Source of the DNA: a virus
Lineage: Duplodnaviria; Caudoviricetes
Length of the DNA stretch: 64,000 nt
Reading direction: 5' to 3' (one strand)
Virus record (IMG/VR): IMGVR_UViG_2879905790_000001
Span: 1 to 64,000 of that record
Part shown: piece by piece, positions 38,236 through 48,806 of the stretch
How the letters are laid out: each line of letters starts with the position of its first letter
Position numbering within the stretch: the first letter of the stretch is position 1
The notes under the pieces: generated by a model
Databases searched by the model: none
Told to the model about the DNA's origin: nothing
The model's input: the letters and a program-made list of their open reading frames with translations, nothing else
Position numbers and translations under genes: made by a program

Positions 38236-39459
38236 ATGCAAATAATACAAGGAAGATATTCAAAAGCTAATATATATACAAATAATATTGAAGAAAGTGC
38301 TAAAGAGCAAATTTTAGAATTATGTAATCAAGATTTCACAAAAGATAGTAAGATAAGAATAATGCCTGATTGCCATAGTGGGAAAGGCTGTGTGATAGGG
38401 TTTACAGCAGATTTGGGGAATAAAGTAATTCCAAATATTGTTGGTGTTGATATTGGATGTGGAATGCTAACAGTAGAATTAGAAAACATAAATATAAATT
38501 TAAAAGAACTAGATGATATTATTTATAAGTATATTCCTTCAGGGATGGAAGTACATCAAGAAAGAAAAATAAAGTTTTCAAAATTACAAAACTTATATTG
38601 TTATAGAAATCTAAAAGATACAAGAAGGTTAGAAAAAAGTATTGGTACACTTGGAGGAGGAAATCACTTTATTGAAGTAAATAAAGATAAAAATAATAAT
38701 TCATATTTAGTAATTCATTCTGGAAGTAGAAATTTAGGCAAACAAGTAGCAGAATATTATCAAAATATAGCAATAGATATGTGTAGCGGTAAAGAAGATT
38801 ATTATAAAGAAAAAGATAGAATAATAAAAGAATATAAAATCAATGGGAAAAAGCATTTGATTCAAGATGAATTAAAAAAATTAAAAGATAAATATACTAC
38901 TTCAACAGCTCAATATAAAAAAGAATTGTGTTATTTAAAAGGAGAGTTTAGAGATAAGTATCTACACGACATGAAAATATGTCAAGAATATGCTTCTTTA
39001 AATAGAAAAACTATGGCTGATATTATTTTAAATAAATTATTTAACCAAAGATTAAACAACTTTAATCACTTTGAAACAGTTCATAATTATATTAATTTTA
39101 AAGACAATATAATTCGTAAAGGTAGTATCTCAGCTTATAAGAACGAGAAAATATTAATACCTATTAATATGAGAGATGGTAGTATTTTAGCTGTAGGAAA
39201 AGGGAATAAAGAATGGAACTATTCAGCACCTCATGGAGCAGGAAGGTTAATGAGTAGAAATAAGGCTAAAGAATTAGTGTCAATGGAAGAATATAAAAAA
39301 TCAATGGAAGGGATATATTCAACGTCAGTTAATCAAGACACAATAGATGAATCTCCTATGGTTTATAAAAACATAGAGGAAATTATAGAAAATATAAAAG
39401 AAACTGTTGATATTATAGATATTATTAAACCAATATATAATTTTAAAGCTTCAAAATAA
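38236..39459 (+). CDS. rtcB: RtcB RNA ligase
   Basis: MPDCH, VGVDIGCG, GTLGGGNHFIE, IHSGSR, HNY, RKG, SAPHGAGR. Confidence 0.93.
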   Translation: MQIIQGRYSKANIYTNNIEESAKEQILELCNQDFTKDSKIRIMPDCHSGKGCVIGFTADLGNKVIPNIVGVDIGCGMLTVELENININLKELDDIIYKYIPSGMEVHQERKIKFSKLQNLYCYRNLKDTRRLEKSIGTLGGGNHFIEVNKDKNNNSYLVIHSGSRNLGKQVAEYYQNIAIDMCSGKEDYYKEKDRIIKEYKINGKKHLIQDELKKLKDKYTTSTAQYKKELCYLKGEFRDKYLHDMKICQEYASLNRKTMADIILNKLFNQRLNNFNHFETVHNYINFKDNIIRKGSISAYKNEKILIPINMRDGSILAVGKGNKEWNYSAPHGAGRLMSRNKAKELVSMEEYKKSMEGIYSTSVNQDTIDESPMVYKNIEEIIENIKETVDIIDIIKPIYNFKASK

Positions 39460-39528
39460 ACAAATAATAAATATTTGAATATATAAAAATGATATAAATT
39501 TTGAATTTTATCAAAACTGAAAAAGGAG

Positions 39529-39792
39529 TTGATGAAAGTGTTAAAATGTGGCGATGTAGTTGTTTTAAAAACTCCAAAAGAAATACAATTAAAATATGGA
39601 GCATTTGATAAAGATGGTGTAATAAAAGTTGGAAGTCAAGTTTATACAAGAGAAATGTTTGAAGAATATGGTAAGTATTTATTTGTTGTAGAACGTGTGG
39701 CGGAAGATGGGTGTGTCATATTTTTTAATAATCACAATGGGTTTTGGTATCATGTTACTACTGGTATGTTAAAAAAGAAGTATAAATTTTAA
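39529..39792 (+). CDS. Hypothetical protein
   Basis: ORF. Confidence 0.65.
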   Translation: MMKVLKCGDVVVLKTPKEIQLKYGAFDKDGVIKVGSQVYTREMFEEYGKYLFVVERVAEDGCVIFFNNHNGFWYHVTTGMLKKKYKF

Positions 39793-39876
39793 TTTCAAGA
39801 CTTATTGTTTAAGTATGAGAGTTAAGAAATATAATATGTTAAAACACTTGTTTTATTATAAGTAATATGTAAGGAG

Positions 39877-40185
39877 GTGGCTATGGTTATGTTTGAAGAT
39901 ATTATAGAAGATGAAATGGAAAAATTAAGAGAAATGGTTAAAGATAAAAAATTATTAAATAATAAAGCCAATAATTTTTTACGTGATTATGATTGGGAAG
40001 ATGATTTTTCACATAATGATATAGGAAAAATGCAAGAAGCATTTATAATACAAGCTAAAGAATATTTAAAGGAACAATGTAAAAATAAATATATAATTTA
40101 TTGTGATTGGTGTGTTCATATATGTGGCATAGAATTTTTTAATAAATATCTAAAAGAGAATCTTCATAGGTATGAAATTTGTTAA
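39877..40185 (+). CDS. Hypothetical protein
   Basis: ORF; start probably 39883. Confidence 0.65.
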   Translation: MAMVMFEDIIEDEMEKLREMVKDKKLLNNKANNFLRDYDWEDDFSHNDIGKMQEAFIIQAKEYLKEQCKNKYIIYCDWCVHICGIEFFNKYLKENLHRYEIC

Positions 40186-40227
40186 ATAAATATTTAAAGG
40201 TAAAGAAATATAAAATAATTTAAAAGG

Positions 40228-40575
40228 TTGTGTTTTAATATGATAAATTTAGAATCAGCTAAGATTATTGTTAATTATTTAAAAAAGAATGGAAAAATTC
40301 TTTATAGAAATAATGTAGATGTATTTGGAGATGAGGAAATAGTTTATTTATACAATACAGAAAATGATAGAGACAAACATATTGAGGAAATGAAAGAAAA
40401 CGGTTGGGAATATGATATAGATTTTCAAAAAGATAAAGAAGGTGTATATGTAGATTATTATCATATGAAAGATGATATTTACGTATTAAGAGCTTGGTTT
40501 AATAGGAGGAACGATACAGATATAGTTAAATGGTATAAGGAGAAGATAAAATATGATTACTATAAAAGGGATTAA
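40228..40575 (+). CDS. Hypothetical protein
   Basis: ORF. Confidence 0.65.
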   Translation: MCFNMINLESAKIIVNYLKKNGKILYRNNVDVFGDEEIVYLYNTENDRDKHIEEMKENGWEYDIDFQKDKEGVYVDYYHMKDDIYVLRAWFNRRNDTDIVKWYKEKIKYDYYKRD

Positions 40576-41101
40576 AGCCACAGTTGTATTTGATCCACGT
40601 ATTTTAGATAATAAAATAAAGAGAGAATTTGATACATGTCCTTATTCTTGTAAAACATACGATGATAAAAGAATAAAATATTTAAAATATAAAATAGATA
40701 AAATGAAATACAATATAAAAGCAAAAGCAAGTGGTAAATTTGGTGATAATATATATTATATAGTACATACTTGTAAGATATATCATGAATATGTTTTACA
40801 TAGGTTAGATATAGAGATTCCTATTCATTTATTCAAAGGTGATAAAATACAAATTAATAAAAATAATAAAATTACTATTGATAAAGTAAGTTATGAGAAT
40901 GGGAATATTATTTATTATACCAATGATATTATTGAATTTATAAATAATGATAAAGAATATTTTGATAAAACTATAGAAAAAGCTGAACAAAAATACAAAG
41001 AGAAATATAAAGAATTAGAAATTGAATTACAACAATTATTAGAAGAACGAGAAAATAAAAAGATTAAAAACAAAATACTAAAATTCTTACATAGGATTTA
41101 A
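40553..41101 (+). CDS. Hypothetical protein
   Basis: ORF with RBS AGGAG. Confidence 0.65.
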   Translation: MITIKGIKATVVFDPRILDNKIKREFDTCPYSCKTYDDKRIKYLKYKIDKMKYNIKAKASGKFGDNIYYIVHTCKIYHEYVLHRLDIEIPIHLFKGDKIQINKNNKITIDKVSYENGNIIYYTNDIIEFINNDKEYFDKTIEKAEQKYKEKYKELEIELQQLLEERENKKIKNKILKFLHRI

Positions 41102-41174
41102 AACCATTATTTTATTAAAATGAGATTTTAATGTATAATAAATGTCAAAAGTGATGTTTTAAAGGGGTGAGAAT

Positions 41175-41468
41175 ATGAGTTTACTTACTTTAAATATTGT
41201 AATAGGAGCAATGGCTTTTATAATAAATAAAATAAATAATATGAATCAAAACATAGACCCATTTGAAGCTTTTAACTCAATACAAGAAAGTTTAGAGGAA
41301 CTGGATAATGAAAAGTTGACCAATTTTGTTAATGGATTAATAAATACTAGTATGTCTAATCCATTAATAGGTTACTTTTTTATATTTTTAGTATATATGA
41401 CACCTATTTTAAATTTATTATTGCTAATTAAAGGGATAGTAAATTATTTTAAAAAGGAAGATGATTAA
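41175..41468 (+). CDS. Membrane protein
   Basis: Two hydrophobic regions. Confidence 0.65.
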   Translation: MSLLTLNIVIGAMAFIINKINNMNQNIDPFEAFNSIQESLEELDNEKLTNFVNGLINTSMSNPLIGYFFIFLVYMTPILNLLLLIKGIVNYFKKEDD

Positions 41469-41700
41469 TATGATAATAAACTGTGAAAAATTTGATATTT
41501 GTAAAACAGATAAAAGGAGTGATTTTTGTAAATATTGTATACATAACAAATCAAAGGTTGAGATAATATACAAAGATTACTTCGACTATAGTACAGAAAA
41601 AATGTTTAGAGAAATATTTAAAACTGCAAGTGAAATTGGGGTATCAGAAGAAGACATAAAAAAATATTTAGACATAATGACAATTGATAAGGAAAATTAA
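41461..41700 (+). CDS. Hypothetical protein
   Basis: Cys cluster; C-terminus resembles anti-repressor SinI-type helix (weak). Confidence 0.55.
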   Translation: MINMIINCEKFDICKTDKRSDFCKYCIHNKSKVEIIYKDYFDYSTEKMFREIFKTASEIGVSEEDIKKYLDIMTIDKEN

Positions 41701-41754
41701 AATTTCATTAATTTAAAATAATTTAATAAATGATAATGCAAAAGGGGCGATTAG

Positions 41755-42267
41755 ATGAATACTGAAGAAACAATAAATAAGAAGTTTGTAGAAAGAAATG
41801 AATATCCAATTTGGTATTACAAAGAGTTAGAATCAGTAGATGTCGATTATGTAATTTGGAATTTACTAAAAAAGAAATTCGTAGTAGAAACAGAAGGTAG
41901 TAAACATGAAATATTGTTTGGTAAAAATAAAGATGATGAAATAGGACAATACATAAGATATGATGAGATTAAAAATTCTAATTTAACTTCTTATAAAGTA
42001 GTAGAAAGAGGATTTAGAGAAGGTAAATGGTTTATAATTACAGACAAAAATACATCAGATGAATTTAAAGCTGATTATAATAAGAGAAAAGCAGAGTTTA
42101 AAAAAGAAGAATCTAAAGAATTTTATAGACATATATTAAAAAATGCTATAAGAAGTATGAAAGAATTAAGTGAAGAAGATAGGGATAAACATATGCAATT
42201 CTTAGACAATACTTCTTATGAAGAATTAGAAAAATTATTTGACACTTTAATGAAAAATACAAAATAA
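41755..42267 (+). CDS. Hypothetical protein
   Basis: ORF. Confidence 0.7.
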   Translation: MNTEETINKKFVERNEYPIWYYKELESVDVDYVIWNLLKKKFVVETEGSKHEILFGKNKDDEIGQYIRYDEIKNSNLTSYKVVERGFREGKWFIITDKNTSDEFKADYNKRKAEFKKEESKEFYRHILKNAIRSMKELSEEDRDKHMQFLDNTSYEELEKLFDTLMKNTK

Positions 42268-42288
42268 ATTAAAGAGGGGATATTTTAA

Positions 42289-42921
42289 ATGGAGAACAAT
42301 GATACTTTAAGAGAATTGTGTATTAAACAAGGATATGTACCATCAAAATGCAAACTAACAGGAGTATTAATAATGGGATTGATCCAAAGAGGTGAAAATC
42401 CTTGTTGGGGTTGTAATCATAATAGGAATGAGTGTGGTGGATGTCCTAAAAAATTACTTAACCCAAATGAACAAGAATATTTTAATCAATGGGAGAAGGA
42501 AAAGAAAGAATTACTGAAAAAAGAAGAAAGAAAAGTAAAACGACTAAATAATAAATCAAATGAATTAATAATGGATATATCAACAGGAAGAGAATACCGA
42601 GGATATTATACATATATAAGCATAAAAGATAGAATGGAAGAAAAATGTTATTCTATAAAGCTAAGTGAAAATTTAAATGAATGTAGTAAAATAGCAGCTA
42701 TGTTTATTGAAAAATTTAAAATTAAGGAAGTTCATATAGGTGTAATGGGCATTGAAAGAAATTTATATGACTGCTTATTATATAACTTAGAAATACATAA
42801 TATAGATTGGTGTGATGTAATAGGGTTTACATATAAAAGATTAGATTTTGATACAGACATAAATAGCTATAGTGAAGAAAGTAATAATAACGAAGAATTT
42901 CAATTTATCAATTTTAGTTAA
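42289..42921 (+). CDS. Hypothetical protein with N-terminal Cys cluster
   Basis: CWGC...CGGC. Confidence 0.7.
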   Translation: MENNDTLRELCIKQGYVPSKCKLTGVLIMGLIQRGENPCWGCNHNRNECGGCPKKLLNPNEQEYFNQWEKEKKELLKKEERKVKRLNNKSNELIMDISTGREYRGYYTYISIKDRMEEKCYSIKLSENLNECSKIAAMFIEKFKIKEVHIGVMGIERNLYDCLLYNLEIHNIDWCDVIGFTYKRLDFDTDINSYSEESNNNEEFQFINFS

Positions 42922-42997
42922 AATGAGGATTTTATAATAATATAAAATAATTTAACAAAGACATAAACAAATAATTTAAAATACGAATTTAGAAAGG

Positions 42998-43213
42998 ATG
43001 ATTTACATGGCTAAAAGTGTAGAAATAAGTATTTTAGGAATGAAGCAACTTCGACTTGAAGAAAGTAGAAGTACAGTTAAAGGGGCATTGGTAAAAAATA
43101 TAGATACTTCTGTAATTACTGAAGAAAGAAAAATTATTTTAAACGATGAAAACAATAAAGTATTGAGTGAAATTTACTTACCCAATAATGCACTTGTAAT
43201 AGTTGATAAATAA
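42998..43213 (+). CDS. Hypothetical protein
   Basis: ORF. Confidence 0.6.
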   Translation: MIYMAKSVEISILGMKQLRLEESRSTVKGALVKNIDTSVITEERKIILNDENNKVLSEIYLPNNALVIVDK

Positions 43214-43284
43214 TTCGTGGTTCAAAGACTAATTATATTATGAATAATAATTTGGAAATATAAATATGGAAAAAGGTGTTTGAT

Positions 43285-43516
43285 ATACAGACTAATATAA
43301 TTTACAACAAAGATTTTTTACTAAATGATTTACCAAATGAAAGTGTGAATTTAATAGTAACAACCCACCATATAAAACAATTACTGTGGAAATAGCAATG
43401 GAGCTAATTCAGAAAGACATAAGGGGATGTTGGATGGAAATAGAAAATACATAGGCTATGAGATTGATAAAGAATATTATGATATTGGAATACATAGATT
43501 AAATAATTTAAAATAA
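43285..43516 (+). pseudogene. Internally deleted, frameshifted N4/N6 DNA methyltransferase remnant
   Basis: IIYNKD...LPNESVNLIVT / PPYKTIT / GNSNGANSERHKGMLDG-NRKYIGYEIDKEYYDIGIHRL read across two frameshifts. Confidence 0.75.
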
Positions 43517-43573
43517 TTTAATAATTGCTTAGCTAAAGATTTAGGTATAAAATTTAATGGATTAAGAAAGGAT

Positions 43574-43813
43574 GTGAGTATAATGATAAAAGGTTGGGAA
43601 TTATCAAAGTTAATATATTTAGGCGAAATTACAGACAAAACTATAATAGATGTTTACATAGATAAAAAAAAGTGTGATGAATTTATTTATTATGAAAATG
43701 GAGGATTAAGATATCTTCATGACTCAAAATATTTCCCCAGGATAATATACAAAGATAAAGAAGTTGCTTCTAGCTTTTTGTTTGGTGAGAGATTTCATTA
43801 TGTGATTAAATAA
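43574..43813 (+). CDS. Hypothetical protein
   Basis: ORF. Confidence 0.6.
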   Translation: MSIMIKGWELSKLIYLGEITDKTIIDVYIDKKKCDEFIYYENGGLRYLHDSKYFPRIIYKDKEVASSFLFGERFHYVIK

Positions 43814-43943
43814 ACAGCTATTATAAAAGATGTATCAATTTAAAATAAACATTTTATCATAAATAAAAAATAATTCGATAAAACAAAAGGAGAACTTGCA
43901 AGTAATAAAGTGTAGCTACACCTCCTAAAGGAGTAGGTATAAA

Positions 43944-45644
43944 ATGAAAAAAGTATTTTTAAATAATTTACCTAAAAAATATAGATTGGGAAAAGAAATA
44001 ATAGATTGGAAAAATTCAATAGGATCAATAATTCCATTTATTTATGATAATATTAATGGCGAATTTAAAATAATTAGTTATGATGGAAGAAAAATTTGCT
44101 TGATGTATAATAAAAATTTAAATTTTATAGATAGAGCAAGTTTAATAGAAAATAAAATAAGCAAATTAATAACTTTAAACCCAAAAATAACTACTGAAAA
44201 CGGATATATAGATGTTAGTGAAGTTGGTAACACAAAACAAGGTGTTAATTGGACAAACTCTATTAATAAAAAAATTAAATTTAAATGTGAAGATATAATA
44301 GGAGAATTAAAAGTATTAAATTATGATTCGAAAAATCAACAATTAAAAATTATTTATAATAGTAAAACTTTTATGATTACAACACAAACACTGTTAACAG
44401 GTAAGTTAAATGTTATATTAGGAAAAAGAACAGATGAATACATATATAATAAAGAAGATATTGTTAAAGGTGTAAAAATTATAAATTATATTAAAGTGAA
44501 AAATGGGGAACAAGCTCCTCGGAAAGGATATAACTATAAATGTTTAAAATGTGGTTATATTGGAAAAACATCAGAAGCTCATTTAAAAGATAATAGAGGT
44601 ATATGCCCTGTATGTTGTATTCCTTGTAGAAAAGTAGTAAGAGGAATAAATGACATTGCTACAACGCATCCGTATTTAACAAAATATTTTGTAAATATAG
44701 AAGACATTTATAAATATAGTTATTCGAGTAATAAAAAAATTTTAATGATGTGTCCAGATTGTGGATATAAAAAAAAGATGAAAATAAGTCACTTATACAT
44801 ATACGGATTTTCTTGTTCAAAATGTAGCGATGGAAAATCTTATGGTGAAAAATTTGTTTTTAATGTTTTAAATCAACTACATATAGAATTTGAAATAGAA
44901 AAAGAGTTTGAATGGAGTAAAAATATTAAATGTCAAAATTCTAAACTGAATGGAAATAAAAGGTATGATTTTTTTATACCATCAATAAATTGTATAATAG
45001 AAACACATGGAGGTCAACATTATAGATATACAGGCAGAGGTCGTTCTTTAGAATTAGAACAACAAAATGATAGATTAAAAAAAGACTTAGCTGTAGCTAA
45101 TGGTGTGAAACATGAAAAATACATAGTAATTAATACTAGTAATATAGGATTGGATATAATAAAACAAAATTTATTAAAATCTCAATTGTCTAAGATTTTT
45201 AATTTAAATAAAATAAATTGGTATGAATGTGAAAAGTTTGCTTTATCAAATAGAGTAAAAGAAATTTGTACATATTGGGAAAATGGAATACATAGCACAA
45301 AAGATATAGCTATAAAATCTAAATTATCAAGAGGTACTGTCATACGATATTTAAAAATCGGAAGTAAAATTAATTGGTGCAATTATAATCCTAAGCAAGA
45401 AATAAGAAGTAATAGTCGAAAGGTCGGTGGTAAAAATGCCAGAACTATAATTTGTTTAACTACTAATGAAATTTTTAATTCTATAGTAAGTGCTGAAAAA
45501 AAATATTTATTGACTAAAAGCAAAGTGAGTTCGTGCTGCAAAGGAGAAAGAAAATCAACAGGTATACATCCAATTACAGGAGAAAATTTAAAATGGATGT
45601 ATTACGAGGATTATTTGAAATTACATAACAAGAAAATAAGTTAA
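43944..45644 (+). CDS. Free-standing putative homing endonuclease (zinc ribbons, Vsr/DUF559-like nuclease, NUMOD1-like C-terminus)
   Basis: Four CxxC; SYGEK...RYDFFIP...IIETHGGQHY...NDRLKK; IICLTTNEIFNSI. Confidence 0.75.
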   Translation: MKKVFLNNLPKKYRLGKEIIDWKNSIGSIIPFIYDNINGEFKIISYDGRKICLMYNKNLNFIDRASLIENKISKLITLNPKITTENGYIDVSEVGNTKQGVNWTNSINKKIKFKCEDIIGELKVLNYDSKNQQLKIIYNSKTFMITTQTLLTGKLNVILGKRTDEYIYNKEDIVKGVKIINYIKVKNGEQAPRKGYNYKCLKCGYIGKTSEAHLKDNRGICPVCCIPCRKVVRGINDIATTHPYLTKYFVNIEDIYKYSYSSNKKILMMCPDCGYKKKMKISHLYIYGFSCSKCSDGKSYGEKFVFNVLNQLHIEFEIEKEFEWSKNIKCQNSKLNGNKRYDFFIPSINCIIETHGGQHYRYTGRGRSLELEQQNDRLKKDLAVANGVKHEKYIVINTSNIGLDIIKQNLLKSQLSKIFNLNKINWYECEKFALSNRVKEICTYWENGIHSTKDIAIKSKLSRGTVIRYLKIGSKINWCNYNPKQEIRSNSRKVGGKNARTIICLTTNEIFNSIVSAEKKYLLTKSKVSSCCKGERKSTGIHPITGENLKWMYYEDYLKLHNKKIS

Positions 45645-45718
45645 TTTAAAATCTAGTTTTTATGCAAAGTTGAATTTAAAATAATTTAATAATAATAAAG
45701 GAAGGAAGAGAACTTTAT

Positions 45719-46540
45719 ATGATTACTATAAAATTAAATAACAGTGAAAAAATAAATGATTGTGATAAAAGTTTATTTGTTAGCTTCTTTTACAATCTCG
45801 ATATAATTAAAGGGATAAAAACAATTAAACCTAGACATTATCATTTTGAAACAAAAGAATGGGAACTTTCACAAGAATCTATACATAAACTAATAGAATT
45901 GTTTGGAGCAGATAATTTAAACATAGATGAAGAAGTTGATCTAAATTATACTAAAAAAGAAGTTAAGTTATATAATGATTGTAAATGGAGTATATTTAAT
46001 CCTTTATTAAAAACTTTACCAGAAGATATATATAACTTTACAATAGAAGTTCTAAATAAAGTACCAAACTATTTTTATATTGAACCAGCATCTACTTTAG
46101 GAAGGCATCATCCTACGTATTCTTTAGGAAAAGGTGGTTTGTTAAGACACACTTTGTCATCAGGATTAATAGCTTTAGAATTATTTAGAAATAATACTAT
46201 ATGTGGGAACTTTAACAATAGAGAAAAATCCTTGATGTTATCTTCTATTATTCTACATGATACCTTTAAACAAGGCTTAGAAGGTGGTAAATATGAAATA
46301 AAACATCCTATTGTAGCTAGTGATTTCATAAAAAAAATGAATCAAAATGCATTACCTAAGGAAGATGTAAATATTATATGTGATTGTATTGCTACCCATA
46401 TGGGTGAATGGGTAATGGATTTTAGAACAAAGCAAGAAGTTTTAGATAAGCCTGTAACAGAAATGCAGAAATTCGTACACTTATGTGATTATTTAAGTAG
46501 TCGAAAACTATTGGAGATTAATTTTAATGCAGCCGAATAA
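45719..46540 (+). CDS. HARP-like domain plus HD phosphohydrolase (YhaM-like)
   Basis: HHP...GGLLRHT...LHD...H...HMG...HLCDYL. Confidence 0.75.
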   Translation: MITIKLNNSEKINDCDKSLFVSFFYNLDIIKGIKTIKPRHYHFETKEWELSQESIHKLIELFGADNLNIDEEVDLNYTKKEVKLYNDCKWSIFNPLLKTLPEDIYNFTIEVLNKVPNYFYIEPASTLGRHHPTYSLGKGGLLRHTLSSGLIALELFRNNTICGNFNNREKSLMLSSIILHDTFKQGLEGGKYEIKHPIVASDFIKKMNQNALPKEDVNIICDCIATHMGEWVMDFRTKQEVLDKPVTEMQKFVHLCDYLSSRKLLEINFNAAE

Positions 46541-46571
46541 GAGGCTATATAATATAAAAGGAGGATTCGTT

Positions 46572-46919
46572 ATGAATTTACAAGAAATAGGTAAAAGAAT
46601 TGTAGATGAGTGTGGAAGTGAAAATTTAGAATGCTGTGACAACTTTGAAATAGAGGGGGTTACATATGCGTTAGAACAAATAGAAGAGGAAGATTGGATT
46701 AGTGAAGGGAAGTATGAATATAGTTCAAATGTATTTAGAATAGGTACTGCTAATAAGGAGTGTGCTTGGAAAATTGATAAACCTTTGAATTTATATATTA
46801 AACAAGATGTAAACAGAACTGGTTCGTACTATAGTGATTATTACTATGATTATGAAAAACCATATATGGTAGAACAAAAAGAAGAGACAATAATAGTTAA
46901 TAAATGGGTAGCTATTTAA
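46572..46919 (+). CDS. Hypothetical acidic phage protein
   Basis: ATG 46572 after AGGAGG; GSYYSDYYYDY. Confidence 0.7.
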   Translation: MNLQEIGKRIVDECGSENLECCDNFEIEGVTYALEQIEEEDWISEGKYEYSSNVFRIGTANKECAWKIDKPLNLYIKQDVNRTGSYYSDYYYDYEKPYMVEQKEETIIVNKWVAI

Positions 46920-46932
46920 TAAAAAATAGAAT

Positions 46933-46961
46933 TTGACAAATGTAAAATAATTTGGTAATAT
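46933..46961 (+). promoter_or_regulatory. Promoter with TAAAATAATTTGG box in its spacer
   Basis: TTGACA-17bp-TAATAT, TG extended; second TTGACA...TGATATACT promoter at ~47029. Confidence 0.65.
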
Positions 46962-47112
46962 ATATTTATAAGATAAACGCATTGATTTGTAGGATTTATC
47001 TTAAAAAATATCACAAATACAAAACAATTTGACAAGATTAAAATAACATGATATACTAAAATAGTAAGATAAATGAAAAACAACAATTAATTAAACGGAG
47101 GGATTTAAAGTT

Positions 47113-47781
47113 ATGAATTTATTAGATGTGATACTTGAAGAAATAACAAAAGAATGTGAGAAAGATAGAAATAGTTATCAAAACTATGCAAGTCAAGAAG
47201 ATTCAAGAAAGAAGAAAGATACAAAGGAACGAGCAAAAGAAAATAAAATTAACAATACTTTTCATATTGATCTAAATGATATGATAAAAAGAATTAATAA
47301 AGAAGATAATAAGAGTACTAATCATAAAACTGTGTCAAAAATGAATAAGGAAAATAAAAAAGAAATAGTTACAGATATCAGAAAATTAAACAAAAATGAT
47401 GTAATAAGAATAATAGATGGCGAATATAAATCATTATCAGATAAAGAATGTAAATTCCTAGAGTATTGTGAAGGAATGGATAAAGTCTTAATACAACTAG
47501 ATGAATTAAATCCTTTATATGTTAATCCAGAAGATATAGAATTAGTTAGAAAAGCTAAAGAAGAATATAAAGCAACAACATTTAATGAAATAGAAAATAA
47601 ATATGAAAATATAATAGTAGAAATCGAAAATGATATGTTAACTGTTATTTTACAGGATGGTACAAAATCTGAAAAACGACTAAAAGGAGAAAGTAGAGTA
47701 AAAATAATGAAAATCACCTATTATGACGCTAAGATAAAACAATATTTAAAAGCAACACAAAAACTAAATGATATAAAATAA
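47113..47781 (+). CDS. Hypothetical protein
   Basis: ORF. Confidence 0.7.
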   Translation: MNLLDVILEEITKECEKDRNSYQNYASQEDSRKKKDTKERAKENKINNTFHIDLNDMIKRINKEDNKSTNHKTVSKMNKENKKEIVTDIRKLNKNDVIRIIDGEYKSLSDKECKFLEYCEGMDKVLIQLDELNPLYVNPEDIELVRKAKEEYKATTFNEIENKYENIIVEIENDMLTVILQDGTKSEKRLKGESRVKIMKITYYDAKIKQYLKATQKLNDIK

Positions 47782-47794
47782 GGAGGTAATAAAA

Positions 47795-48079
47795 ATGTTG
47801 AACTTAGAGGAATTGAATTTCATTCAAAAGAAAGCAAAAGATAAATTTAAAGAAGATTATGAAAAGAAAAATGAAAAGTTATTAAAACAAATAGAAAAAG
47901 ACTTTATTAAGAGCTTAGAAAGGAACGATGACTATTTTGAGCTAGATATAAATAACTATGGAGACTTTAAAAAGACCGAGGAAAATTTTATGAATCTGAA
48001 AAAGTATTTAGAAGCTAAAGGGTTCACTACATATTTCCCAAACAATGATTTAATAAATGTACATATGAATAAAGAATAA
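47795..48079 (+). CDS. Hypothetical protein
   Basis: ORF with RBS AGGAGG. Confidence 0.7.
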   Translation: MLNLEELNFIQKKAKDKFKEDYEKKNEKLLKQIEKDFIKSLERNDDYFELDINNYGDFKKTEENFMNLKKYLEAKGFTTYFPNNDLINVHMNKE

Positions 48080-48122
48080 GCAAACATAAAACAATTTGAT
48101 ACAATATTGAGAAGGTGAGTAA

Positions 48123-48632
48123 ATGGTTATATCAAATGGAATGTTTGAAATGGACATTGAAGACTTATTAATTACAGATAAACAAGAAAATAAATATAAA
48201 ATTAAATACATTAACGATAACAAATGTGTGATTTCAGACTTTGAAAATAAAATAATAAAAATTACTACTTTAGACGAAATAAAGAGAGTGTGTAGTAACA
48301 TAATAGAAGATACAAGAGATATGGACGTAAAACAACGATTGGAAGAAATGTATGTTATTAAAGAAGAATATTTAATAAAAAATGGTATTATAATTCTAAA
48401 AAATATACCATTAAAAGATAGTAAGGTTTATGTAGAATTTGAAGATAATGCTAAGATACTACAAATAGATACAAAAGGTAATAAAGAAATATCTGTACCA
48501 AAAGAATATGTGAATTATAAAAACACTATTTACTGTACTTATAAGATTAAAGATTGGGTAGATACAGTTACAATAAATGCTGATAAATTAGGGATAGCTC
48601 TAGAAAATATTAAAGGATGTGATACATATTAA
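48123..48632 (+). CDS. Hypothetical protein
   Basis: ORF. Confidence 0.7.
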   Translation: MVISNGMFEMDIEDLLITDKQENKYKIKYINDNKCVISDFENKIIKITTLDEIKRVCSNIIEDTRDMDVKQRLEEMYVIKEEYLIKNGIIILKNIPLKDSKVYVEFEDNAKILQIDTKGNKEISVPKEYVNYKNTIYCTYKIKDWVDTVTINADKLGIALENIKGCDTY

Positions 48633-48806
48633 AGTTTCAAATCAAAGATGGAAAGTGATTAAAAGAGTGAATAGTCCACCTATAAATACAAAGTAGATAA
48701 AGCATGAATTTTATCCAAACTTATATTATAGACAAAATTAAAAATCAACATAAATATAAAATAATTTAATAATAATATTTTTAAAATTGAAAGGGGAAAT
48801 ATACAT

